From Leucoraja ocellata (Eukaryota), in assembly GCA_036785375.1 (NCBI GenBank), contig JAWMAR010000026.1, forward strand, positions 992,001 through 1,056,000: a DNA stretch of 64,000 nucleotides. Reading direction: 5' to 3'. The notes below the pieces were generated by a model, which made no database searches, had not been told where the DNA came from, and saw nothing but the letters and a program-made list of their open reading frames with translations. The translations under genes and the position numbers were made by a program. Numbering within the stretch: the stretch's first letter is position 1; each line of letters opens with the position of its first letter. Shown one piece after another: positions 49,860 through 62,965 of the stretch.

Positions 49860-50182
49860 CGCAGTGGCACAGCGGTAGAACTGTTGAGGCTGCTGCCACA
49901 CAGCACCAGAGAGCCTGGTTTAATCCTGACCTCGGGAGCTGTCTTTGTGGAGTTTACAGGTTCTCCTTGTGACCATGTGGATTTCCACCCGGTGCTCCGA
50001 TTACCTCACACATCATAAAGATGATGGGGCTTGTACATTAATTGACCCCTGGTGCAAAGTGGTTGGTTGAGAAAGTGCAGTAGCATAGAATTAATGTGAA
50101 CGGGTGATCGATGGTCGGCGTGGACTAGTCGGCCCAAGGGCCTGTTTTCACGCTGTGTCTCCAAATTAAACTAAACTAAACA
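49860..50182 (+). mobile_element. HE1-type V-SINE
   Basis: Head, V-core, aaactaaactaaac tail. Confidence 0.82.
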
Positions 50183-50619
50183 AGTAATTTCACTTTAAAA
50201 AACCATTTTTCTGGCAATAAAACAATTGGGAAATTCTGAAAGGAGTATGAAAAGTACTTACACGGAAGTCTTTCCATCTGTTACATGTAATTGAAGATAT
50301 TCTCTCCAAAGATCCCTCGTGAAATCATTGTTTCTCACTCAGGAGCACCTCAGAGAATCAGTGTGGAAAACACACACCTGGTTCATGTGTTGCTTGTGTG
50401 CAGGTTATTAATTTTATTCTACGCACTGAGCTGTTAAGATTGTGCAAAATACCAGTAAAGCAATCAACATCCTCTGCTGTTCAATAATATGTATAAACCT
50501 ATTTAGATTTTCTATTCTGCTTAACATTAACGCACTAGCATTGTTCACAGAATTCACGATATTGCAACTCCTAATTTATTTCACCAATCTGATTCCCTAC
50601 ATTTCAACCGTACACAGAC

Positions 50620-51125
50620 CAGAGAACTGTACAGCACATGAACAGGCCCTTTGGCCCAAGATATCTGTGCTGAACATGATGCCAAGTTAAACTAATCACT
50701 GCCAGCATGCGATTAGATCCCCCCATTTCCTGCATATTAATGAGCCAATCTAAAAGCCTTTTGAACACTATTATCTTACCTGCTTCCCCCATCATTTCTG
50801 GCAGTGGGTCCCGGACACCCACCGTTCTCTGGGTAAAAAGCTTGTCCTGCAAGTCTTCTTTAAACTTTCTCCCTCTGACCTTAAAGCTATGTCCTCTAGT
50901 CTTTGATATTTCCCCAATGGGGAAAAAGAACATGAATCTCCCCTTTCCATGCCTCTCGTAACTTTATATACTTCTGTCAGGTCACCCTCAGCCTCCAATG
51001 CTCCAGGGAAAACAATTCAAGTATGCCATACCTCTTCTTACATCTAATACAGACAGCATTCTGGCAAATGTCTTCTGCACCCTCTCCAAAGCCTCCACAT
51101 CTCTCCTGTAGTAGGGTTACCAAAT
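50620..51125 (-). mobile_element. CR1 3' fragment
   Basis: SKTRGHSFKVRG..LFTQR; GDLTEVYK. Confidence 0.82.
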
Positions 51126-51534
51126 CTGTACGCAATACATGGGATAAATGTAGTGAACTCAATTATAGGCAATACTATTTTGTTTTGCCTGAAGGAATGA
51201 ATAGAAAAGAACTTGGAAGCTGGCAAATTACACCTGCTACCGAAAGTGTTCTTTAAAAAGATGAATATGTTTCAATTTTGCTCTAGTTATTCTGGGTTAC
51301 TCACAGTGCCCCAGTTACTAAGTTCCATAAAGTTTTTCCACATATTCAATCTGGACTGTCCTAGTGACTTAGTCACTAACACATGGCCAATGGCCAATGG
51401 CAAAAGTGGGCCAAGGTCCCTAATTCCATTTCTGAATGTTGTCAACTACACTGACGGTAGGCTCAATAATTGCCTTTGATGACCCTGGATATCATCAAAC
51501 AACTTCAGAAGAGAGAAATCAGGAGACCATATGC

Positions 51535-52020
51535 CAGTTTTATTGATGGGTTAATGGTGGAGAGAGTTAGCAGATTCAAATTTCTGGGCGTTAACATCTT
51601 GGACGATCTGTTCTGGAACCAACACATAAATGTTTTCATTAAAAGAAGGCAGGCCAGCACTTCTACTTTCTTAGAAGTTTAAAGATATTTGGTTTGTCTC
51701 CAAACACACTAACTTTTACAGATGTACAGATGTATGAAATAAACTATCCCGATTGACTGCATCATGGCCTGGTATGGCAATTCCAAGGCACATGAATGCA
51801 AGAGCTGCAGAGACTGGTGGACACAGCCTGGTAAATCAAGGGCACTGAGGCACTGCCTCAGTAAGATGACATTAATCATCAAGGATCCCCACCATCCGGG
51901 CCATGCCATCTTCTCACTGATTCTGGATGATCAGCCATAATCATATTGAATGGCAGTGCTGATTCGAAGGGCCAAATGGCCTACTAATACACCTATTTTC
52001 GATGTTTCTATGTTTCTATG
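51535..52020 (+). mobile_element. Rex1 fragment (51535-51920) followed by a CR1 3' tip (51921-52020)
   Basis: VERVSRFKFLGVNILDDLFWNQHI; atcaaggatccccaccatccgggccatgcc; tttctatgtttctatg tail. Confidence 0.8.
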
Positions 52021-53099
52021 ACACATGCCTCTGGAACGGATATGGAACTGAAGCAAAAAACAAATCAAACTTGATTGAAATGAAAACACCCAAAGGGCAT
52101 GATGAAGGTTGTGAGCACAACAAACTCATCTCATAAAGGTTTCTTGGAATCAATGTTAATATCAAATTTTGAATATAAACATTTTATGCTATTTCAAGCC
52201 AAACTAAAGATGAAAGCTCAAGGCTTGTTTTGCTTAATCATCGCATGTGAATTGTACGTTGTGGAGCCAATGAGGAATAGGATGTTTTAAAAAATATATT
52301 GGATTGTGCTATTAGCAAGAATAATTAAGGGTCCTTTTTTTAGGGAAGAGAGATTATAATATTATAGAATTTAATACAACGATCGAATAAGATTTAGTTT
52401 AATCTGAAACAAGAGTCTTGAATCTAAACAAAGCAAACTATGGAAGCAGATACAGAAGAAGTTGTTGAGGCAACATCTAAAAGACATTCAGACAGGTATG
52501 TGGATTGGAAACATTATGAATGATACAGGTCAAATATGGTAAGTGGGACCAGCTTGGATGGGGCATCTTTGATGAGTTGGCTGGATGGGCCTGATGTATG
52601 ACTCCATTACTCTGATTCTAAAAACCACAATCAAGTGAATCCATAACCCATACCCTCTGGAATGCCAACAGAAGGCTTCTATGGTTAAAAAAAAGTCCTT
52701 TACCGGACAAGAAGAAACGTTTCAGGGAGATACAAGAGACTATAAATGCTGAAATCTTGAGCAAAATAAAAACAACCTGCTGGAGGAACTCAGCCTGCAT
52801 CAGAAGTGCAAAATGGACAATTAATGTTTTGGGAAAAGTCCCTTCCTCTGTTTCACTAATTGTGAAATCATGGTTCAACTCCAGTTCTTCATAAAATCTA
52901 TCATCTCATTGTCTTCCTGCAGGAGATTCACTGGGGATGTTGCCACACAGAGCAACGTGATGAACATGCACCCAGAGCTGTGATAGAACACGAGAGGCAA
53001 CACTTCTTGTTTACTTTAATGCTACACAAGTCTTTTAGAAGATGCATATCTATGAATGAAAGACTTTTATTCGACCTTCCAAGTTATTGCAGTGCTCTT

Positions 53100-53279
53100 T
53101 AGTGTACAGTGCTAGTGTACGGGGTGATTGTTGGTCGGCATGGACTCGGTTGTCCAAAGGTTTCCATGCTGTATCTCTAAAGTAAAATACTAAAGTTTTA
53201 TGTGTAGAAAGGAACTGCAGATGCTGGTCTATAAAACAAAGTGCTGGAGTAACTCAGCAGTTCAGGCAGCATCTCTATC
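53100..53279. mobile_element. HE1 tail (+) with a Penelope-derived half element (-) at 53201-53279
   Basis: Degenerate flanking repeat aagtaaaatactaaagttt / aagtataaaactgaagttt. Confidence 0.65.
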
Positions 53280-53958
53280 AAGTATAAAACTGAAGTTTAA
53301 TACTTTCTCCACTCATTATCATATTGCTAAAAACAAATCACAAGCTTTCTCAAAATTCTTCACCCTGTAACAATATCAATCTTCAGTTTCTGGTTTAGTC
53401 GAAACCAAAAACAATTCTGACTTTCAATCGCTGTACAGGCTTCAAATCATGTGTTTGACAAAAGTAAAAGACCCATTATGCGCACTTAACAGTCTGAATT
53501 TCTTCTCTTTGTGCATTAATGCTTTCTGCCATCTGAGTTCTGCCAGGCTCTCTCATATGATTTCCCAGAATCTTTGGATGATTCTTCTGAAACAGATTAT
53601 CCCTGCGGCCACAATGGGATTCTACCAAAGTTGGTTTAGGCTTACTTACTCAAAGTGGACTTCACTTGAAAATGCCTCTTCAAATTTCTAGTATCCGCTT
53701 AATCTATTTTTCTCTTAATTCCACAACCAGACCACGGACACAACATTACAATGAATGCACTCACATATCTACCACCATGTAATGCCTCCCCTGACTGCCC
53801 CCTACCACTCCCCCAACCTCACCCCTAGCAGTGCACATATGTGAATATTTCAAGAGAGTCATCACCAGGCGAGGAGATCAGATCAACAGGGGAGAAACTA
53901 TTTCCTGTAGTCATAGAATCATTGATGAGACTCCATTAATTTAAAACAGACAGTAAAA

Positions 53959-54265
53959 GGGTGGTACAGTGGTGCAATGTTAGACTCACTGCATTACAGC
54001 ATCAGAGACCCAGGTTTGATCCTTATATGGGTGCTGTCTGTATGGAGTTTGTACGTTGTCCCTGTGACCACGTAGATTTTCTTCGGGTGCTCCAGTTTCC
54101 TCCCTCGCTCCAAAGATGTACAGGTTTGTAGGTTAACTGGCTTTGGTAAGTTGTAAAATTGTCTCTGGTGTGTGTAGGTTAGTGTACGAGGTGATCGTTG
54201 GTCGGCACAGATTCGCTGGGCCAAAGGGCTTGTTTCCGCGCTGTATCTCTAAAGTCTATTGTCTG
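53959..54265 (+). mobile_element. HE1-type V-SINE
   Basis: Full head-core-tail match. Confidence 0.88.
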
Positions 54266-54529
54266 AAATAGCAAAGAGGGAGGGTCAAAGTCACATCTTG
54301 GTGCTAAGTTAGATCATGAGCTGCTTTATTGCAGGAAATGGTCATGGTAGAACCATTTAGGACAGGGAACAGTCCAGCACAGGAACAACCCCTTCTGTAA
54401 AGTCTGTTCTGAGCTGATGCCAAATTAAAGTAATCACTTCTGCCTGCATGTGATCCATATTCCACTGAAGATTCATGCGCCTATCCAAAAGCCTTTTAAA
54501 TACCACGATAGTATCTGCTTCCATCCTTT

Positions 54530-55750
54530 TTATATGAAAAATATGTTTGGATCAGAGGAATAAGCACAAACAAAGCAGGGTAGTAAAGTCAGTTCAGCAA
54601 AGGACTAACATAACAATGGAAAGTGGACTATTTGTATGATTACATGTTAATTAGGTTTAACTATAAAAAAAAAGCATAAGGTTGTGGTCTCAACCACAAC
54701 ACTTGACTTTTTGTTGTTGATACACCATTGTTTATTGAACAAGGTTAACTTCTATTTTCATTCTCTATATATTTTTCCTTCCCTTTGAATTTTGCGGTGT
54801 AGGTCAAATTTAGCAAACCCGACGATTTTATAAAGAAATAGCTCACTTGTATATGTTTCAAAATCAATAGTAAAACACTTTTATGCACAATTTGTGACTT
54901 GGAACCATTTTGTTAAATTAATGATTCGCTTTATTCTCTCTACCGCACATTTATTTGAAACATGTTTGCCAGAGTTAGAGTGGTGCATTTCTCCTTGAAT
55001 TTATTTTAACTCAAAGGGAACTGTTATACACTGTGAGATTAGTAACGACAGGAAAAAAATTGCAGCTTTCAAAGACCATTAATTCCATAAACCAAAAGAT
55101 TGCAATTAGCAGTCTGATCGAGCTAACAAAGATGCCTAATAAAATGCAATATGCGCTATTTTATGACAGTTTGAGGTTCTTATTTCCCTGAAAAATTTGG
55201 TGGAATTCAAATGACTCCTTTTCCGCCATACCTTATTGGAAAAGTATTCAGATGGATGGTTTGCACACGCAAATGGAAATTCGTATTAAAAGGAAATCAC
55301 ACATCGGCTTAAATGAATAATCAAAGTTGTTAGATATTACGTGCAAAGAAAATGAAAGGTCATTTCCCCCGCTCTCCTCCATTTCAGAATTGATATTTTC
55401 ACTTCGATAATGATTAGGTTGCACAATGCTTTTGCAAATTACGAATTATATATTAACACTGAAGGGTTATATTTATATGAACCCGCTGAATTAGTTTCAT
55501 GCACTCAAATCCAATTTTCTCTCTCAATAAGATCTGAAGCTCACAGAAAAATATTGCAAAATAGATTGCGTTAAGACGTGTTTGTTCGTTAATGTGAGGA
55601 TGTTTATGATATTAAATGGAATACTTTCCATTTTGGACTTCCTGCATTAAGATAAACTGATATCAGCTAGTAGGTAGACACAGTGCAAAGGTTCTTTTGC
55701 TCAACGTCCCTCCATTCACCTTCAAAATAACTCTTCCTACTTCAACGGTG
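54530..55750. promoter_or_regulatory. Long repeat-free AT-rich island: candidate conserved enhancer
   Basis: ~1.2 kb with no recognisable repeat in a repeat-saturated region; clustered homeodomain, SOX, TCF and MEIS-like words. Confidence 0.35.
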
Positions 55751-55764
55751 TTACTTGAAAGTTA

Positions 55765-56192
55765 AAAAAGATACAGAATTGAAACAAGCCCTTCAGCCCA
55801 CCAAGTCCACGCCGACCATCAATTAACCCACTTTCGCATCCACTCCCTGTGCACAGGGGGCAATTTACAGATACCAGTTAACCTACAAATCTGCACGTCT
55901 TTGGGATGTGAGAGGAAACCTTACCTTGGGAGCTATCCTGCATGTTCTCCCCACGACTGCATGGGTTTCTTCCAGGTCCTCCAGTTTTCATGCGTATCCC
56001 AAAGATGTGCAGATTGGTAGGTTAATTGGCCACTGCAAATTGACCCGAGTGAGCAATGTAATTACAGAATCTGCAGGGAGTTGATAAGAATGTGGGGAGA
56101 ATGAACCAATATGGCATTAATGTAAATGTGTGATTAATGGTCAACCTGGACTCAATGGACCGAAGAGCATGTTTCCATGCTATACTGTATCC
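55765..56192. mobile_element. Two HE1-type fragments in inverted orientation
   Basis: (-) 55765-55920 and (+) 55935-56192. Confidence 0.72.
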
Positions 56193-56489
56193 CTCTGACC
56201 CTGAAAGAAAGGGATTTATCTATATGTGTGTGTGTACATCTGTGTTCACAAATTTGTGCTTTAGACCCACTGTTTTCACAGCTATGAAGTCAGTTTTTGC
56301 TGTCTCAGCAAAATCAATTGATCAGCAGACGTGTGCAATGGGAGCTTTATGCATGGAAGGTGCGATGAAAAGTGTGTCAATAATCTCGTGAAATGGGGAT
56401 GATCCATAAGGTAAGATCACTGAATTTTATTTTAGAATAAATGCATTAAAATTAATGTGATTGAAGCTGTATTTTATATGTGTTTTAAA

Positions 56490-57130
56490 GAGATTCTGAG
56501 AAATATTTTTTTTACCCCCGGAGGGTGGTTACAATCTGGAATGCACTGCCTGATAGGTTTGTGGAGACAGGAACTCTCACAATACTTCACACGCATCTGG
56601 GCGATCACATGTATGGCCAATGTGTAGAAGGTGACAAACCAAGTGCTGGCAAATGGGATTCGGACAGAATGTCACTTGATGGTTGGAAACATACAAAATG
56701 CTGGAGTTAATCAGCGGGTCAGGCGGCATCCATGGAGAACATGGATGGGTGACGTTTCGAGTCGAGGCCATTCTTCGGACTGATTGTAGGTGGGGGGGGG
56801 AGGGAAGGGAAAGCTGGAAAAGAGAGATGGAGTGGGGGTGGGACAAAGCCTGGCAAGTGGTAGCTGGAAAAAAGACACAAAGTGCCTGAGTTACTCAACG
56901 GATCAGGCAGCATCCCTGGAGCACGTGGATGGGTGATGTTTTGAGTTGGGACCTTTCTTCAAACCCGAAAGTCACCTACGCATGTTCTCCAGGGATGATA
57001 CTTGACCCATTTAGTTAATCCAGCGTTTTGTATCATTCCTTGGTAAACTAGCATCTGCAGTTGCTTGCTTCTATTCGATGGTTGGTAAGTCTGTGCTCGG
57101 GTTTAGTGCCTGTATCTCTGCTGCTCTATC
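56490..57130. mobile_element. Old CR1 3' end (+) interrupted by compound Penelope-derived elements (56688-57075)
   Basis: gatggttgg repeated at 56678 and 57077 on either side of the insert. Confidence 0.72.
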
Positions 57131-57242
57131 TTCCAGGTAAGGCAACTATAGGAATACTTAATATATTACATTTAATTTGTTTGAAATATTAGGCATGTAT
57201 TAGAAAGATGTTTTTTTAACAAAGAAAAATGTCTCCAGGTAA

Positions 57243-57770
57243 TTTAGTTTAGTTTAGTTTATTGTCACGTGTACCAAGGTGCAAGGAAAACCTGTTGTTG
57301 CATGCTAACCAGTCAGCTGAAAAACAATACATGATTATAATCAGTTGTCCACTGTGTACGATACATGATAAAGAGATTAACATGAATAACGTTTAGTGCA
57401 AAATAAAGTCCAGTAAAGTCCAATCAAAGATAACCAAGGGTCTCCAATGAGGTAGATAGTAGTTCATGACTGTGCTCTAGTTGTTGGTAGGATGGTTCAG
57501 TTGCCTGATAACAGCTGGGAAGAAACTTTCCCTGAGTCTGGAGGTGTACGTTTTCACACTTCTATAACCTTTGCCTAATGGGATAGTGGAGAAGAGAGTG
57601 TGGCCAGGGTGCGGCTCATCCTTGATTCTGCTGGTGGTCTTGCTGAGTCAGCGTGAGGAAGGGAGGTCGGTTTGTGTGATGCTCTGGGCTGCGTCCACAA
57701 TTCTCTGCAATTTCTTGGATGGAGCTGTTCCAAAGCCATGCAGTGATGCATCACGATAAAATGCTTACTA
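57243..57770 (-). mobile_element. Rex1/Babar LINE 3' end
   Basis: tttagtttagtttagtttattgtcacgtgtacc tail; body as in 27397-27835. Confidence 0.85.
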
Positions 57771-58542
57771 GAGCAATGTGCAAAGAGATGTGGAAATTTT
57801 AATCATAGTTAATATTAAGCAAGATGCCGAGGTTCAGGGAAGATAGCCACGGTTAAATGGGGAAGTGCTGCATTGGGTCCACTGCCGTTTTCCTTGACTG
57901 TTCTCATGATTGCATGGTCTGCTTTGTTTCTGATACTGACACTTCAGTGGTGTGTTGGTTGAGTGAGTCACTGTCGTATTTCCTATATGCAAAACAAGTA
58001 GGAGGTGATGGGTAGTTTCTAATCAACCACTCACAGCAAATGCTGTTAAAAACCTCGCCTGGCTTTCTAATGGGAACTTTGTAAGAGAGCTAATAAACCC
58101 TCTTGGTTAAGGGCTTGAAATACATTTGGCTTCTGACTGCAGTGAGAGAGTAAGGTCACTGGGGAAGTTACTGAGATTCGTGGAGTACTGAGGCAAAACA
58201 AAAACCCCTCTAATAGGTCACGACAACTGTTTGATGAATCATTCTCACAGCTAGGATCAGAGAGACTACTTTAAGGATTTTGTTCCTAAAACACTGTGCT
58301 CAGTAACGGCCGCCCACAATGTATTGATGCAGTGCAGAACCTTGTGGGTGTAGTTACTGGAATCTGGTCTCTAAAGCGAACATTACACACATAGAAGTAC
58401 AAGAATAGGATCAAGAAACAAATACACCGCTCACACTTCTTGCCCCAACAAAAATTAAGTGCTAGAGCTATTTTCCTGGTTGTCTATTTTTTGTTATCCT
58501 TGTTCTCTCTACCTTGGAAAGCACTGACCTGCGGAGGCAATA

Positions 58543-58836
58543 ATTTAGTTTTGTTTAGAGATACAGTGTGGAAACAGGGCTGTCGGCTCACCGAGTTCAC
58601 GCCAACTAATGATCACTTGTACACTAGTTCTATCCTACAAATAGGGACGATTTACAGAAGACAATTAACCTACAAACCTGCATGTCTTTGGAATGTGAGA
58701 GGAAACCGGATCACCTAGGGAAAAGTCATGGGGTCACAGGGAGAATGTACAAACTCCACACAGGCAGCACCCATAATCCGGATTGAACCAAGGTCTCTGG
58801 TGATATGAGGCTGCAACTCTATCACTGCACCACAGT
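58543..58836 (-). mobile_element. HE1-type V-SINE
   Basis: Full match. Confidence 0.85.
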
Positions 58837-59549
58837 GCATGCCCAGCAAAATCATCAGCAAAATTGACCATGAACCAAAGCAGACAGTGTGGGCAAGCTG
58901 ATTGATTGTGAAAAGTGTAGTAGCTGAACTTTAATCCAAACGAGTACTCTCACACACATCATACAACAAACAGAAAAATAGGAGTAGACTATTACTAGTT
59001 GTAGAATATCTCACAAACGTTGATGGTTAAAAATGAAACATTTAAGGTCTTGTTGCATTTTGTGCATAAAATAAGCAGCAAAGTGATCAGCAAGCCAGGG
59101 CCACAATCCATAAATCTTTCCTAATAAATCCCACCCAAACAGTTTGCGAATTCAGCCTTATATATTATAAAAAATGACTGTACATCTGCTAATTGTGGTA
59201 AGACAACAATAGTTTCACATTTACTGTTTCTTTGTATAGGAAGGAAATACAGATGCTGGTTTATACATGCAAAAATATAGTCACATATTGCTGGAGTAAC
59301 ACAACAGGTCAGGCAGCATCTCTGGAGAACATGGATAGGTAATGTTGTGGGTTGGGACACTTATTTATTGTAAGGGATGGGTGTTCATAAGTTCGTAAGA
59401 TGTAGGAGCAGAATTAGGTCCATCAGGGAGAATAGGTGACGTTTTGGGTTGGAAACCTTCTTCAGACTTGTTTTCTTTACTCCTTGCTTGATTAGTTTGA
59501 AATTGTCTAAAGAAAACGATTATGCCACTGATCTGAACAGTTAACATGT

Positions 59550-59769
59550 GTAGGAAGGATTTGCAGATGCTGGTTTAAACTGAAGATAGACACAAAATGC
59601 TGGAGTAACTCAGTGGGATAGGCAGCATCTCTGGAGAAAAGGAATGGGTGACATTTTTAGGTCAAGGCCCTTGTTTAGAAGAAGGATCTCGGCCCGAAAC
59701 GTCACCCATTCCTTCTCTCCAAGTCTGTCTGTCCCACTGAGTTACTCCAGCAGTTTGTGTCTATGACTA
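59550..59769. mobile_element. Palindromic Penelope-derived element with perfect 16-bp TSD
   Basis: tgaacagttaacatgt at 59534-59549 and 59770-59785; inverted arms; further half elements at 59236-59365 and 59425-59468. Confidence 0.88.
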
Positions 59770-60674
59770 TGAACAGTTAACATGTTCTCTTTTCATTGAA
59801 CTGCCTGAATGCCTGCGTTTCCAGCATTTATTGGGGGGGGGTTCTGATTTCCAGCAATGGCAGTGTTTTGCCATTGCAATATTGCAGTAAACCACTGCAT
59901 TGTTGCAATTGGGCTCAAGGGATGGGCATTAAATGTTGGTCTTTCCAATAATTAATTAAAATAATATGCATGCAAATGCCCAGCAGAAATCACTAGAAAT
60001 TAATGAGTAATAAATCCCTGAATAACTGTTTTCCTCACCATAGCTCAAGGGCATTATCATTAGTTGTAGGTCTCCCACAATCATTCAGGATCTGAACCAC
60101 TGTTCAGTTAGTCCATTGCATGGACATGGCTTTCTTCAACTTCATTTTTAAGTTGACCACTCATATCTGAACATTCTCAATTACAAAAAAACAAATCAAC
60201 TTCCCTCTCTGTGCCCTCTTGTTAAATTAGTCACTTTTCTTCCTCATGGAGGGAATGCCAAAGACCCGAGGACAGAGCATTAAGGTGAACATCTCTTCAA
60301 TGACAGTTTGGAAGGTTGTCCACACTCAATCACAGTGATCATTATTTATCATCAATATTCTGGCTTGACATAACCCAGCAGAATAAAGATGCTACTGCCT
60401 CTTATTATCTAAAATTAATTGCACAAAGTGGTGCAATATACTGTAACTGTTTTTTTTCCTTTCCACTATTCAACAACTCTACACATTTACAGGCAGTATG
60501 TTATTTTCAGAAGGAGTGGAAAAAGGGACATTGCATGTGTTAGATTCTGGGAAATTTAACAACATCCAGTCTTGTGTCATGTACACAAAGCAAAAAACTG
60601 TTCTGAGTCACTGACCAAAGAACTAAAGCTCTCCAGTGAGTCAACACTTGATCTCTGCTATGAAAAAACTTGAG

Positions 60675-61420
60675 TAAAACACTAAGTGCCGGAGGAACTC
60701 AGGAAGTTAAGCATCTGTTGAGTGAATGGAAAGACGATGTTTCGGGTCGGAACCCTTCTTCAGATTGGTAAGGGAAGTGGGGGGGGGGGGGGGGGGAGCT
60801 GGAAAAGAGAGATGGAGGCAGGACAATATCTGGCAAGTGTTAGATGGATACTGGAAGCAGGGAAGGGGAGGGAGAGTTTGATTGGCAAATGGGTGAAGTA
60901 AATGACAAAGGTTACAGGTGAAATTGAGCCACAAGGGTGTCGGACAAGGATTGAAATATAAAGCCAGAGGGAGGGATATCAGTAACAGGGCACAAAGTGC
61001 TGGCGTAACTCAGTAGGTCAGGCAGCATCTCTGGAGAAAAATAATAGCTAAGGTTCTGACCCGAAACATCACCCGAGATTCTGCCTGACCCGTTGAGTTA
61101 CTCCAACATTTTTTGTCTATCTTCAGGGTAAACCAGCATACAGTTCCTTCCTACACATGGGCAGGTGACATTTCAGACCAAGAGCCTTCTTCACACTGAG
61201 AGATAACATTTTGGGTCGAGTCCCTTCTTCTAAATATAGGGATATAGGTGGCAGTGTCAGGGGGCAGAAGAGGGGTAGGATAGTGGGCAGAATAGGTGTG
61301 CACCAGGGTGGAATGGGGCACAAGATGGAGGGAGATGGTGATGGGGGGGGGTTATTCACTAAAGTAGAGAAATCAATGTCCTTATGCCCTCGATGTTCAT
61401 GCTGTTGGGCTGTAAGCTCC
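60675..61420 (-). mobile_element. Compound Penelope 3' relics, including the GIY-YIG C-terminal tip and an internal palindrome (~60990-61156)
   Basis: Minus strand ~61418-61355 encodes SLQPNSMNI / DIDFS (Penelope xLxPxGxN-type terminus), followed by a C-rich 3'UTR and hammerhead-like motifs. Confidence 0.65.
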
Positions 61421-62231
61421 ATTGCTGCAGGACACCCCGACCACTGTGAAGTACAACTAAAGTACAGCTCTAGTTGAACAAATGTGGCAGCCAATTTGTA
61501 TATGACAAACAGGGACATGAAAATGGGCAGAGTATAGCTGAAACTTTGATGTAATGGCAACTCATGCCTGACCAAATAGTCAGGCATTTTCTTGTACTAT
61601 TCTGCTCAAATGTCCCATAAATTGGTGGAAGTTGAAGGTAACATTGCAACTGGGACTCTGGTGAACGATGGAACCAACTGCCTGCCTCCTTAACCAATAC
61701 TATTAATGAACTTTTCAAGGAAGGGCTGAAAAAGAAAATTGAATTAAAGTGAGTGGATTTACTGCATTCAGATACAGAGAGGGGTGAGATTATTTGGTTA
61801 AAAAGAGGAATAAATTGCAGGAAAGCAAAGCAAGCTGAAAATGATACATTGTAAATCGTTACCAATTGACCACCTAAAGGAATAAGACAACACACTTTTA
61901 ATTGCTCGTGTTCTGAGGAGGAGAGTTTGATTGGCAATCATTAACAATTATCCCTTCATTAAAGGATAGTTACACTATTAATTACCAGATGAACTTCTTG
62001 TAACATCTTTAATGGGCAATTAACATCCATGAGGAGCAACTTTGTGAAACTCACAGGGCAGGACAATGCTTTTACAAAATGAACGCCTGAAAGATAGACA
62101 TAAAATGCTGGAGAAACTCATCGGGTCAGGCAGCATCTCTGGAGAAAAGGGATAGGCAACATTTTAAGTAATTTTGATTGAAATCTAAATGTTCTGCACA
62201 ATTCCTTCACACTGCTTTTAAGTGCAAAGAG

Positions 62232-62510
62232 GAGCACGGTGGCACATCAGGTAGAGCTCCTGCATCAGCTCCAGAGATGTGGGCTTGATCCTGACCTTTG
62301 GTGCTCTCTGTGTGGAGTTTGCATGCTCTCCCTGTGACCATGTGGGTTTCATCTGGGTGTTCTGGTTTTCTCCCACTGCCCAGAGATGTGCGGGTTTGTA
62401 GGTTAATTGGCATTTGAAAAGTGTGTAGAGAGTGAATGCAAAAGTTGGATATCATTGAACGTGTGAACAGGCGATCGATGGTCTGTTGTGTATCACGATG
62501 GGTTGGAAAC
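62232..62510 (+). mobile_element. HE1-type V-SINE, preceded by a Penelope half element at 62092-62165
   Basis: gcacggtggcacatcaggtagagc head; V-core. Confidence 0.8.
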
Positions 62511-62965
62511 CACAATATTTTCATTGGGAAACGTCTTGTAGTTATTCTGATTCTCCCTCCCCCGATGCTGCGCGAACTGCTGAGAAATGTGAGTAGTTTG
62601 GGGGTTTAGTTGGTATTTTCGCCTTTGGTCATGGTTTGCAATTGCAGAGAACGTTGTTCATTGGAGAGGGTCGAGGGGGAGGAGATGTGGGGGGTGGGGG
62701 TGTTGATCTAATCGCAGTTTACAATGCTGGATATCGCGGCCAAATTGCCAGTATCGGGACAAAGAATGGACTCTCAATTTAGGATAAACCTACATTGAGT
62801 TTAAACGTCAACTCTGCTCCATTCTTCTCAGATGCTGCTTGGCTTGCAGACTCTCTCCAGCAGTTTTACGTCAGTTTTGCTTTTGTTTTGTTTTAATGTT
62901 TTCATCGGATGATTCTATCCCTATCTATTCCCTCTACAGTGCGTCAGGCAGAGCTGTAAGCCATC

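Noticed and set aside
52895-53075. Acceptor-like ttgtcttcctgcag followed by an open frame
   Set aside because: Sequence resembles a decayed SINE tail; no donor and no recognisable peptide
61470-61937. 155-aa minus-strand ORF
   Set aside because: Non-ATG start, composition typical of AT-rich non-coding DNA, no motif
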